Under the pieces are notes generated by a model. That model worked only from the letters and a program-made list of their open reading frames with translations. It did not search any database and was not told where the DNA came from. From a virus (Duplodnaviria > Caudoviricetes), in the IMG/VR virus record IMGVR_UViG_3300016665_000377, positions 1-42,604 of that record: a stretch of 42,604 nt of DNA; one strand, 5' to 3'. Position numbers and translations under genes: made by a program. This document shows positions 10,201-17,785 of this stretch, piece after piece (within the stretch, counting starts at the first letter, position 1; each line of letters opens with the position of its first letter).

Positions 10201-11815
10201 GACGAACTTCCTGATCGACAACGTCCGTGAAGTCGGAGAGCGGTACGCCCGCATCATGTCCGCCGAGATCGAGCTGTCCCGCAAGGGCATGCTCGGCAAG
10301 GAGTGGAACATGCGCATCGAGGGCATCCGGCGCGAATACGCGGACCTGCGCGAGGCCGTGGCCAATGCGGCCACCCCGGAGGAAGCCCGCGCCTTGCTCG
10401 GCCAGAAACCCGGCAGGCTCGACAGCTTCGAAGCGTGGCGTCGGAACGTGGACAAGGGGCAAGCCACGAAGGAACGCATGCTGGCCTTCCTGCGCAAGGA
10501 TGAGCAGGACGGCCTGGAGGATCTTCACGCGCTGCGGGATCTCGTGCGCGGCACCTACAAGGCCAAGGAGAATGCCTCCGATTGGGGCCAGCTCACCCGC
10601 ACGCTGATGGCCTTCAACTACATCCGGCTGATGGGAGGCGCGGTCCTCGCCAACTTCACCGAAGCCTACCGGCCCGCGATGGTTCACGGGTTCGGGGCGT
10701 TCTTCAAGGGCGGCATCAAGCCGCTCATCGGAAACCTCGACGGCATGAAGCTCTCGGTGAAGGAAGCGCAGCAGGCGGGCCTCGTGACTGAGCGCGTCCT
10801 CCAGCACCGCATGATGTCTTTGGGGGAAGTTGCGGACCCCTACGCCCGCAATACGGCCCTGCAGCGGATGCTCGTGAACGGCTCCCGCGTGGCCAGCAAG
10901 TGGAATGGGCTGTCGCTTTGGACCGACACGATGAAGTCCGTCTCTTCCATCATGTCACAGAACCGCATCCTAGAGGGTGCGGTGGGCGAGAAGGACGGGC
11001 GATTCCTCGCCTATCTCGGCATCGACAAGGAGATGGCCGACCGCATCGCGAAGCAGTTCGTCCTCTATGGCGAAACCCGCGATACCATCAAGGTCGCAAA
11101 CACCGGGCGCTGGGACGACGAAGCTGCCGTCCGCGCATACCGCGCCGCTTTCCGCAAGGACGTGGACAGCATCATCGTCACCCGCGGCGTGGGCGATGTG
11201 CCGCTCTTCGCTAACACGCCCACCGGCAAGCTGATCCTGCAGTTCCGCTCGTTCAGCCTCGCCGCCCACCAGCGCGCCACCTTGCGCGGCCTGCAAGAGA
11301 GCAAGGCGCGGCTCCTCAGTGGCATGGTGATCATGACAAGCCTTGGCATGATGGCCAGCGCGCTCCGCGCTTGGCGCAACGGCGAACAGGGCTGGGAGCG
11401 TTGGAAGAACGCGGCCGAGAACCCCGGATTCCTGATCGGTGAAGGCCTCGACCTGTCGGGCATCTTCCCTGTCGCTTTCGAACTGGCGAACACCACAGAA
11501 AAGCTGACCGGCGGTACGGGCATGGCGTTCAACCCGATCAAGACGCCCCTGATGGCCGCTTTCCCCGGTGCCTCACAGCAGGGCTCCAGCACGCGCTTCG
11601 CGACCCGCGATCCGCTGGCGGCGGTTCTCGGGCCCAGCGCCGGTCTGGTCACCCAGGTTATTCGGGCGGCGGGTTACCCGCTGTTCGTGATTGCCGGTGA
11701 AGATCCGAGTAAAGCCCAAACAAAGGCGGCGGCTGGCCTGATCCCGTTCAATAGCTATCTCGGGATGAAGGAATTGATCCAGCTTGGGCTTGGTGATAGT
11801 CCTTACACGCAATAG
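7292..11815 (+). CDS. Large internal virion (ejection) protein, 1507 aa
   Basis: Size and position before the tail fibre; coiled-coil middle; C-terminal 'GDVPLFANTPTGKLILQFRSF' typical of podovirus ejection proteins. Confidence 0.8.
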   Translation: MPLIDVEPLPYDFPTGQTRVAEPPPADDTAAWNIGDTVAAAFRQNNAVASFLSNKTLGVDNSIDPTFDVVKDIQGTKYEPYADAFVDALNPRYAAAIKQQIDMEEDDRKTLMGSGWAGTLAGIAGGVLDPSILIPYVGTAKKVAGGYSIAKGLLLGAGNAALGVAAQEAMLQGSQATRTAEESAVNIGFGVVLGGLVGSGAAALMSKAEQKAVQGAYDRLLATGGRNPGQPAGVGADAVWKPTVEDLTIAGTAANKVAAATQFNPVLRSNFRASAGVREAAQLLAENTVYQGMHAEGRTLGAAAETLARMESEAALARATTSSDDLFRNMRKAGVKMSRQDFEDAIGQALRNGDQGVNEFVTQAARAWREQVFDPFKNRAIEAGLLPEDVSIDTAMSYFSRRYDQEMMTAREQEFKARVMPVIEQQVREKFTADVERVNQRLADIDQQLADIKLSPEERAAVLADLEKQGNDLDLANVEQVEKWSEVTALRQQAKAAKESGDTVKAATLLKQAKDILDGAGDPLKRYLKARTKLRRRFKTVDLNFAGLEDRAQRIQQRLVDLEDRTQRGLQRLIARGRVAERKLSRMPSEEQLAAELDGMEQAFRDTLGRSEKAQQAHVEAIEKIREEGRARQLELEKQAKDLKTRAKEAKGKGDLKQPELEQRAYEARVKAAEAKTKAEERIIARIERMAQAEANRAGQLRRLTERIEAAKGVDLQAMREEVQRGIDQLVAETADTALARGERAQRLQEKLADLDPEKLKERAASLERMKREVEQKFYENWEQRHMGEGVSLGAKRAPAEPPPKAGMIRVYHSGSAGEGSSGRWVSSDRRYASDYRPDLPLYYLDLPANDARLAPDEFSPEQTVANGFTRNFELTPDEAARLQEIRRPDDPLSVGSKMEAEKGAARTPDFSEAARMVVDEVFDKITGRAVSPDGSSLPEYITPITRGPMKDRTFNVPDALLVGNRDLGETNFLIDNVREVGERYARIMSAEIELSRKGMLGKEWNMRIEGIRREYADLREAVANAATPEEARALLGQKPGRLDSFEAWRRNVDKGQATKERMLAFLRKDEQDGLEDLHALRDLVRGTYKAKENASDWGQLTRTLMAFNYIRLMGGAVLANFTEAYRPAMVHGFGAFFKGGIKPLIGNLDGMKLSVKEAQQAGLVTERVLQHRMMSLGEVADPYARNTALQRMLVNGSRVASKWNGLSLWTDTMKSVSSIMSQNRILEGAVGEKDGRFLAYLGIDKEMADRIAKQFVLYGETRDTIKVANTGRWDDEAAVRAYRAAFRKDVDSIIVTRGVGDVPLFANTPTGKLILQFRSFSLAAHQRATLRGLQESKARLLSGMVIMTSLGMMASALRAWRNGEQGWERWKNAAENPGFLIGEGLDLSGIFPVAFELANTTEKLTGGTGMAFNPIKTPLMAAFPGASQQGSSTRFATRDPLAAVLGPSAGLVTQVIRAAGYPLFVIAGEDPSKAQTKAAAGLIPFNSYLGMKELIQLGLGDSPYTQ

Positions 11816-11824
11816 AGGTGGGCG

Positions 11825-13459
11825 ATGGCTGTTCAAACGACTACTAACCGCATTACTCACACGGGCAACGGAACAACTACCGTTTTTCCGTACAACTTCC
11901 GTGTTCTCGCGGCCGACCACCTGAAAGTCTATGTTGACGGCAATCTGTTGGTTCTCGGCACCGACTACACCTTGAGCGGCGTTGGGAATTCTTCCGGTGG
12001 CAGCGTCACGTTCATCGCGCCGCCCGCCAACGCGGCGCCGGTGGTGCTTGTCCGTGAGGTGCCCCTCACGCAGCTCATCACAACCGAAAACAACGAGTCG
12101 ATCTTCTCTCAAGTTTTCGATGACGCTCTCGACAAGCTGACGATGATCACTCAGCAGTTAAACGCGATCACCGGACGCTCGATCTACTTGGCGGAAAACG
12201 ATCCGACCACGGGGGCAATGGTGCTGCCGCTTCTGGCGGCGCGCGCGAACAAGTACCTGCGCTTCGACGCCAATGGGCTTCCCACTGCGGTGGACAGCCA
12301 GATCGATGAGCAATACTACGGCGCACTCACCGCAGACCCCACCACGCGCCCTGACGGTTCCGCGCGTCTTACAGGCGACCTCTACTATAACTCCTCGACC
12401 GGCTTCTTCAGGGTGTTCAACGGAACGGGTTGGGCGAATTCCATCGCTCCCGCGAGCCTCACTCTGGTCAATTACGCAGAGACGGCGGCGACGGCGAAGA
12501 CCACGTTCACGATCCCTGGCGGATACACTGCAGGAACGGTTTTCGTTTACTTGAACGGCGTGCTTCTCCCGCCTTCGGAGTTCACAGCATCGAACGGCAC
12601 GACGGTCGTTCTGACGGCCGCGTGCGCCATCGGCGATGATTTCCGGTGTGTGGGCTTCAGCCCCCTGTCCGTGGCCGATACGCTTGCTCGCAGCCAGAAC
12701 CTGGGCGACCTTTCCAGTGTCTCGACTGCACGCACGAACCTGGGTCTTGGCAGTGCAGCCACGCAGAATGTCGGCACTGCGGCGAACAACGTGGTGCAGC
12801 TTGACGGTTCTGCGCGGCTTCCGGCGGTAGATGGCTCGCAGCTTACGGGCTTGCCCGGAGGAGGCGGACGCCTGCTGCGCGCCCCGCAGATCCTGACATC
12901 CGGCACCAGCTACACCACGCCAGCCGGTTGTAACGGCATCTATGTTGAAGCAGTCGGAGGAGGCGGGGGTGGCGGCGGTGCGACAAACGCGCAAGCCGCT
13001 GGCGGCGGCGGCGGTGCAGGTGCGTATTGCGCCAAGTATTTTTCTGTTTCTCCCGCCACGGCCTACAGCTACGCCATCGGCGCGGGAGGCTCAGCCGGTT
13101 CATCGGGCGGCAACACCACTTTCACTGTAGGCGGTACGACGATCACGGCGGGTGGCGGTGGCGGCGGGAACAGTTCTGGTGCCACAGCCGCGCAAGGAAC
13201 TATTGGTGGGGCCGGAGGTACGGCCACCAATGGCGACGTGAACACTCCTGGCAGCGCCGGCGGAACAGGTGTGTGCGCGACCACGTCAAACGCCATTGGC
13301 GGCGCGGGCGGTAATTCGTTTTTCGGAGGTGCAGGGCGAGCCAGCGGCACCACTGGCAGCGCAGGTTCAACTGGCAGCGGCGGCGGTGGTGGCGCGGGCA
13401 ACTCGGGCACGGGCGGCGCTGGCGGTGCCGGCCTCATTCGTATTTGGGAGTACGCATAA
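11825..13459 (+). CDS. Tail fibre protein (T7 gp17-like N-terminal adaptor, glycine-rich C-terminal domain)
   Basis: 'GNGTTTVFPYNF...ALDKLTMITQQL' adaptor, 'SQNLGDL..ARTNLGLG' fibre motif, Gly-rich end 'GAGGAGLIRIWEY'. RBS GAGG. Confidence 0.85.
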   Translation: MAVQTTTNRITHTGNGTTTVFPYNFRVLAADHLKVYVDGNLLVLGTDYTLSGVGNSSGGSVTFIAPPANAAPVVLVREVPLTQLITTENNESIFSQVFDDALDKLTMITQQLNAITGRSIYLAENDPTTGAMVLPLLAARANKYLRFDANGLPTAVDSQIDEQYYGALTADPTTRPDGSARLTGDLYYNSSTGFFRVFNGTGWANSIAPASLTLVNYAETAATAKTTFTIPGGYTAGTVFVYLNGVLLPPSEFTASNGTTVVLTAACAIGDDFRCVGFSPLSVADTLARSQNLGDLSSVSTARTNLGLGSAATQNVGTAANNVVQLDGSARLPAVDGSQLTGLPGGGGRLLRAPQILTSGTSYTTPAGCNGIYVEAVGGGGGGGGATNAQAAGGGGGAGAYCAKYFSVSPATAYSYAIGAGGSAGSSGGNTTFTVGGTTITAGGGGGGNSSGATAAQGTIGGAGGTATNGDVNTPGSAGGTGVCATTSNAIGGAGGNSFFGGAGRASGTTGSAGSTGSGGGGGAGNSGTGGAGGAGLIRIWEYA

Positions 13460-13642
13460 ATGCGCTGCGCACTGGTCAACAATAGCACGAATACCGTCGA
13501 GAACGTCATCGTTGCAGACCCGATGCACGATCCTGCACCCGAAGGCTACACGCTCGCGGAACTGCCTGACGACAGCCCGGTGGCCATCGGGTGGATCTGG
13601 AATGGCGGGGCTTTCGTGCCGCCTGAAACCCCTTCTGAATGA
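13460..13642 (+). CDS. Small tail-fibre-associated protein
   Basis: 'VENVIVAD...IGWIWNGGAFVPP' type that commonly follows Gly-rich fibres; abuts the upstream stop. Confidence 0.7.
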   Translation: MRCALVNNSTNTVENVIVADPMHDPAPEGYTLAELPDDSPVAIGWIWNGGAFVPPETPSE

Positions 13643-13650
13643 GGTAGGCT

Positions 13651-13821
13651 ATGCCCCGCTCAAGAAACACCGCTGACCTATTCATTTCCGGGGTCAACTC
13701 CCAGCTCGGTTTCATCAACGGGCTGACGCTCGCGCGCGTCTCGACCACGACTTACTCCGTGGCCACGGACGTGCTGCGAGCCGTGACCCACGGCTGGATT
13801 GACCCCCGCGGCAGGAGCTAG
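13651..13821 (+). pseudogene. 56-codon ORF, probable internally deleted second tail-fibre/spike gene
   Basis: GAGG RBS then MPRSRNTADLFISGVNSQLGFINGLTLARVSTTTYSVA|TDVLRAVTHGWIDPRGRS*. Below the ORF-track cutoff; ends resemble the N- and C-termini of longer phage tail proteins. Confidence 0.5.
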
Positions 13822-13845
13822 CCAGAAAGCCGATCTCAGGGTATG

Positions 13846-13873
13846 GGTGATCCTGCTACATAGCAGGATCGCC
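13846..13873 (+). promoter_or_regulatory. Inverted repeat covering the endolysin RBS
   Basis: ggtGATCCTGCTA-ca-TAGCAGGATCgcc; the 3' arm contains AGGA and ends 2 nt before ATG 13876. Confidence 0.55.
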
Positions 13874-13875
13874 AC

Positions 13876-14301
13876 ATGCTTTCAGAAGGCAGCATTGCTA
13901 CACTCCGCGAGGCCCACCCGCACCTGAAAAAGCTGGCGCTTGCCGTTGCGGCCAAGGGCGTGGCCTTCCGGGTCTACTGCGCCTATCGCGGTCGCCGCGA
14001 TCAGGAAAAGGCTTTCGCCACGGGCATGTCCAAAGCCCGCTGGCGGCAGTCTCCGCATAACTACGTACCTTCCCTCGCCATCGACGTGGCCCCCGGTTGG
14101 AGCGGGCCGATCCGCTGGTCCGACCTCAAGGCGTTCGACGCCCTGGGGCGTGCCTTCGTGGCCACCGCTCGGGAACTCAAGATCGAGATCCGCTGGGGTG
14201 CCGATTGGGACCGGGACGGCGACATCACCGATGAGCGGTTCGTGGACCGCCCGCACATCGAGCTGCACCCCTGGCGGTCCTTCACCGGAGAACCAAGATG
14301 A
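13876..14301 (+). CDS. Endolysin, M15-family (L-Ala-D-Glu) peptidase
   Basis: 'YRGRRDQ','SPHNYVPSLAID','IRWGADWD','FVDRPHIEL' zinc-peptidase motifs. Confidence 0.9.
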   Translation: MLSEGSIATLREAHPHLKKLALAVAAKGVAFRVYCAYRGRRDQEKAFATGMSKARWRQSPHNYVPSLAIDVAPGWSGPIRWSDLKAFDALGRAFVATARELKIEIRWGADWDRDGDITDERFVDRPHIELHPWRSFTGEPR

Positions 14302-14606
14302 AAGCCACTGACCTGACAAACACCGCCAGCACCATCACTGCGGTGCTTACCCTGCTCCTCGGGGTGATGACGCAGGTGCTGGGTTGCACCAGCGTTGGCG
14401 ACCTTCAGGCGAACTGCACAGCGGCTTTCCTGCCGCCTGAGTACGCCGGGTATGCCGCCCTCTTCTTCGCCGCCACCACGCTGATCCTGAAGCTCATGCG
14501 CCCCGGCGGCGCGCTGCACTCGCTGTTCGGCCCGACCGCCGTTGTCGTGCCTGAAGCGAAGGCTGGTCCCGGCACCGTAACCCCTGAACAAGTCGCATCG
14601 CCGTGA
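14298..14606 (+). CDS. Putative holin (2 TM segments)
   Basis: Two hydrophobic helices; ATGA overlap with the endolysin. Confidence 0.6.
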   Translation: MKATDLTNTASTITAVLTLLLGVMTQVLGCTSVGDLQANCTAAFLPPEYAGYAALFFAATTLILKLMRPGGALHSLFGPTAVVVPEAKAGPGTVTPEQVASP

Positions 14607-14827
14607 GCCTCGCGCTATGGGGGATCATTATCGCCATGATCGGGGTCTTGTACGTGGTGGTTCTCTCCGCGATGCGAGCCGCCGGCAAGGCCGATGCCGA
14701 GATGGAGGCCGCGCAGCATGATGCGTATCTGGCCAGAGAAGCGGCGCGGGCTCGGGATGCTGCTCGCGCTGACAGCCTGCGCAACCCTGACGGGGTGCGC
14801 GACGATGACGGCTTCCGGCGGGACTGA
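14603..14827 (+). CDS. Putative i-spanin (Rz-like)
   Basis: N-terminal TM, helical Ala/Arg-rich body, C-terminal 'DDDGFRRD'; overlaps a lipoprotein ORF. Confidence 0.7.
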   Translation: MSLALWGIIIAMIGVLYVVVLSAMRAAGKADAEMEAAQHDAYLAREAARARDAARADSLRNPDGVRDDDGFRRD

Positions 14828-14936
14828 ATGCACCCGCTGGCGGCCGATCTACTGGAGCAAGTCCGACACCGATGACACGATCAGGCAGGTGAAGGAGCAT
14901 AACGCGGTCTTCAAGAAACTGTGTGGGCGGCCATGA
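14718..14936 (+). CDS. Putative o-spanin lipoprotein (Rz1-like), overlapping the i-spanin
   Basis: GGAGG at 14704-14708, ATG 14718, lipobox LTG-C, then 'C..WRPIYWS..DT..TIRQVKEHNA...LC'. Confidence 0.75.
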   Translation: MMRIWPEKRRGLGMLLALTACATLTGCATMTASGGTECTRWRPIYWSKSDTDDTIRQVKEHNAVFKKLCGRP

Positions 14937-15184
14937 CTGAGACGAACAACGACATCCTGCTGGGCAAGCTGCTGGCCAACCAGGAGGCCATGCGCATCGA
15001 GCAGGAGAAGATGGCCGCCAAGCTGGACGACATCGACAGCACCCTGCGCGAGCACCGCGACCTGTTCACCTTCCTGAAGGGGCAGCGCAGCGCGCTGGTC
15101 TGGGTCGGCTCCGCGATCATCGCATCGGCCACGGCAATGGGCCTTACCGCCAACAAGATCCTGATGTGGTTCACGACGAAGTAG
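14933..15184 (+). CDS. Coiled-coil plus C-terminal TM membrane protein (lysis-associated)
   Basis: ATGA overlap; heptad region followed by hydrophobic helix. Confidence 0.65.
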   Translation: MTETNNDILLGKLLANQEAMRIEQEKMAAKLDDIDSTLREHRDLFTFLKGQRSALVWVGSAIIASATAMGLTANKILMWFTTK

Positions 15185-15482
15185 GCCTGTCGTCCGTTCC
15201 CACCTGGCGCTGCTCATAGGCGATCAGGAAGGCCAGACAACAGGCGGCGTGCCAGAGGTGGCTGTAGCCCGTCTCCGGGTCCACCTTCTCCCCTCTCCAC
15301 CACGCCCACATGTGCCGCATCAGCGCGCTGAACACGCGGCTCCACGCCATCCCTCGCTCCCAGTTGCGCGGCTCATATTTCCTGGCGCCGAACTCAAGGA
15401 CCGTGGCCACCCCGGTCATCAATTCCGGCGGCAGCAAGTGCCACGGCAGCTTGCCAGTGTCGTCTTTCCGGCCCTCAGACAT
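15171..15482 (-). CDS. dATP/dGTP diphosphohydrolase domain protein (DUF5664-like)
   Basis: 'GRKDDTGKLPWHLLP...FGARKY..RNWERG...DPETGYSHLWHAACCL' signature. Confidence 0.88.
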   Translation of the reverse strand: MSEGRKDDTGKLPWHLLPPELMTGVATVLEFGARKYEPRNWERGMAWSRVFSALMRHMWAWWRGEKVDPETGYSHLWHAACCLAFLIAYEQRQVGTDDRPTSS

Positions 15483-15696
15483 CTATCGGCCCTGGATCAC
15501 CGGCAAGGCCGCAGTAGCCTAGCTCGTCGGATTTTTCTGTCTTAACCCCGTTCGTTACCGTGGCCCACCGCCACGCCATGCAAGCCGCACCACGGCAGCG
15601 CATTCCTTCGGGAGGGGAAGCGTCTTCGTCGGAAAGGTTTAAGGCAAGAGTCCTGACACAATAATATTCGTTGGCGTCATCGCGGTTAACAATCAC
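15475..15696 (-). CDS. Small Cys-containing hypothetical protein
   Basis: 'CRGAACMAWRW...GYCGLAG' motif; overlaps both neighbours. Confidence 0.7.
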   Translation of the reverse strand: MIVNRDDANEYYCVRTLALNLSDEDASPPEGMRCRGAACMAWRWATVTNGVKTEKSDELGYCGLAGDPGPIDV

Positions 15697-17717
15697 GGCA
15701 GTTTCTCCATTTCAACAAAGTGTTTCGTTTCGCCTTTCTTCGGATCTGATTCCGGCTTGCGCCTGATCAGGAACGAGCCTTCATCGGTGTCGATCTTGTA
15801 GCCGTCGAAGCCGATGTGCTTGTTGATCGACTGCTTTGCAGCTTCGATCTTCTTTGCGGTTGTTTCATTCTTCCCCGGCACGCCCCAGATCGGGTCACGG
15901 TCGTTCACCTGCTTCGCCACTTCGTGCAGCAGCAAGCGCATCGTGCCGTTGTCCACCATGATCGCGCGGATAAGGCGCGCGAGTTGCTCTGCCGATGCCG
16001 TCCGATCAACCTTTATGGCCACGGGCTTCATCGCGAAGGACGTTTCGGTATTCGGCAGCGTGACCTCTTCCTTGATGAACCAAGTCGGCACCTTGTTCAT
16101 CTTCACGAGGTTGGCCTTGGAGATGTCGAGGCGAACGTAGGCATCAAGAGCCGTGCGCGGTACACCCAACTCCACGTCCTTCTCTTCGGCGTTGACCAGC
16201 GTATAGGCGAGGCGGGCTGCATCGATGATTGAGGAGGCGCCGCGCGCCGCGCCAGCGTCACCGGCAATGCTCGACTTGTCCGACCGCTTGCCGACGTGGT
16301 GGCAGACAAGGATCGCCGCATTGGCCTTGACGGCCAACCGCGTCAAAGCCTCGACAACCATGTCCATCGAGGTCGTGTCGTTCTCGTCGCTCTGGTGGAT
16401 CTTTCTGAAGGGGTCCACGAGGATCACGCCGATTCCGGCGTTCCGGCAGAAGGTGGCGAGGGCGTCGATCTCCTCGTTCTGGATGACGGGGTTCCGGCCC
16501 GTCGCGATCTTCCAGCCGCCATCCGTGCGCGGCACCATCGCCACGCTCGCCGCGACCACAGCGGGGTCCATCCCGAACACCTGACAGGCGGCGTACATGC
16601 GCTGGTCGAGGTCCGTCATGTCCTCTTCCAGGCTCAGCAGGAGCACCTTGCAGCGGTCGGCGATCTCGAACCCCGCATAGCCCTGCCCGGTGGCCACATG
16701 GGCCGCCAGCGCCGCGGTGAGGCCCGTCTTGCCCGACCCGCCCTGCGCCGAGAGCACCGTCACCACGCGCCGGCAGAGCAGGCCCTTCAGCACCCACGGA
16801 CGCTTCGGCAAATCCTTGGCCGGGGTAAAGGGCCGGAACGACAGATAGTCCGCGATGGAGGAGCGGAAGACAGGCTGCTCGGGCAGAGAGATGCCGCCCA
16901 TCGTGGCCGTCCCGGCCTTGGTCCCGGGCTGGTTCTGGGCGTAGCGGTAGGCATTGGCGACCTTCTTCGCGAGATCCTCGCGATCCCACGGCGGGCTGCA
17001 CCGCTCGTTCCACTCCTCCAGCAGCAGCGTCAGGCAGGTGTTCTCGGAAACGGCGTAGTCGCGCAGCTCACTTGCGACGGCAAAAGTCGTGGCGTCACCG
17101 CCCTGCCCTTCGATGGCCAGCGGGGCCGCGCGCAGGTATTGACGGGCCTGCTCGATGTTCGCCGGAAGATCCCACGCCACGAGCGGAACGTCCGCCATGA
17201 CGGATCGCTCCCCAGGCTTGTCGCACTTGTCCACGAGGTGCTGCGGGGCGCGCAACGGGGGCGCGTCCGTTTCGAGCCGATACTCCCGACCGTCAACGGT
17301 CGAGCCGGGGGCCAAAGTGTAACCGTGGTAACTACGGATATCGATGCCCGGGCCCAGCTTGCGCGTCGATAGCGAGACGTTGGCGCCGTGGTAGTAGACA
17401 TGCAGACCGCCGGAAGGGGTCCGCACCGTCAAAGTGTCGAGCGGGATGTCGAGATCGAGAAGCGCCTCCATCGCGCCCTCATGCTTCACGTCCACGTCCA
17501 CCACGACGAAGTCATCACAGAGGACGCCGATGTTGCCGTCGAGATAATCCCCGGTGGCCTCATCGGTCCACATGGCCGTTATGGCCACCGGGTCCGAACT
17601 GGCAGTCGTGACCCATTGGCTCCCCGGCAAGGGGAACTTGCTGTTCTCCTTGAGCCGAAAGACACGGAACCCGCGCGCGGCCCACTGCATGGCCGCGCAG
17701 TACTGCTCATAGCTCAT
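15693..17717 (-). CDS. Bifunctional primase-polymerase fused to AAA/RecA-type helicase
   Basis: Prim-Pol motifs 'VVDVD','TPSGGLHVYY','GIDIR'; 'WNERCSPPW'; Walker A AQGGSGKT, Walker B ILVDP, 'HHVGK','ARGASS'. ATG at 17717. Confidence 0.88.
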   Translation of the reverse strand: MSYEQYCAAMQWAARGFRVFRLKENSKFPLPGSQWVTTASSDPVAITAMWTDEATGDYLDGNIGVLCDDFVVVDVDVKHEGAMEALLDLDIPLDTLTVRTPSGGLHVYYHGANVSLSTRKLGPGIDIRSYHGYTLAPGSTVDGREYRLETDAPPLRAPQHLVDKCDKPGERSVMADVPLVAWDLPANIEQARQYLRAAPLAIEGQGGDATTFAVASELRDYAVSENTCLTLLLEEWNERCSPPWDREDLAKKVANAYRYAQNQPGTKAGTATMGGISLPEQPVFRSSIADYLSFRPFTPAKDLPKRPWVLKGLLCRRVVTVLSAQGGSGKTGLTAALAAHVATGQGYAGFEIADRCKVLLLSLEEDMTDLDQRMYAACQVFGMDPAVVAASVAMVPRTDGGWKIATGRNPVIQNEEIDALATFCRNAGIGVILVDPFRKIHQSDENDTTSMDMVVEALTRLAVKANAAILVCHHVGKRSDKSSIAGDAGAARGASSIIDAARLAYTLVNAEEKDVELGVPRTALDAYVRLDISKANLVKMNKVPTWFIKEEVTLPNTETSFAMKPVAIKVDRTASAEQLARLIRAIMVDNGTMRLLLHEVAKQVNDRDPIWGVPGKNETTAKKIEAAKQSINKHIGFDGYKIDTDEGSFLIRRKPESDPKKGETKHFVEMEKLP

Positions 17718-17785
17718 CCTGAAACCCCCGCCCGCCGCAGCAGGCAAATCACTGCCAATCGAAATGGTATTGGTTCGGAATAGTC

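Noticed and set aside
4506-10807. Long minus-strand ORFs (785, 576, 405 aa) and similar ones at 1223-2518 and 35998-38169
   Set aside because: Antisense shadows of GC-rich genes; no motifs or RBS.
11825-13875. Diversity-generating retroelement, expected from the BPP-1-like gene order
   Set aside because: No reverse transcriptase and no TR/VR pair with adenine-specific mismatches seen.
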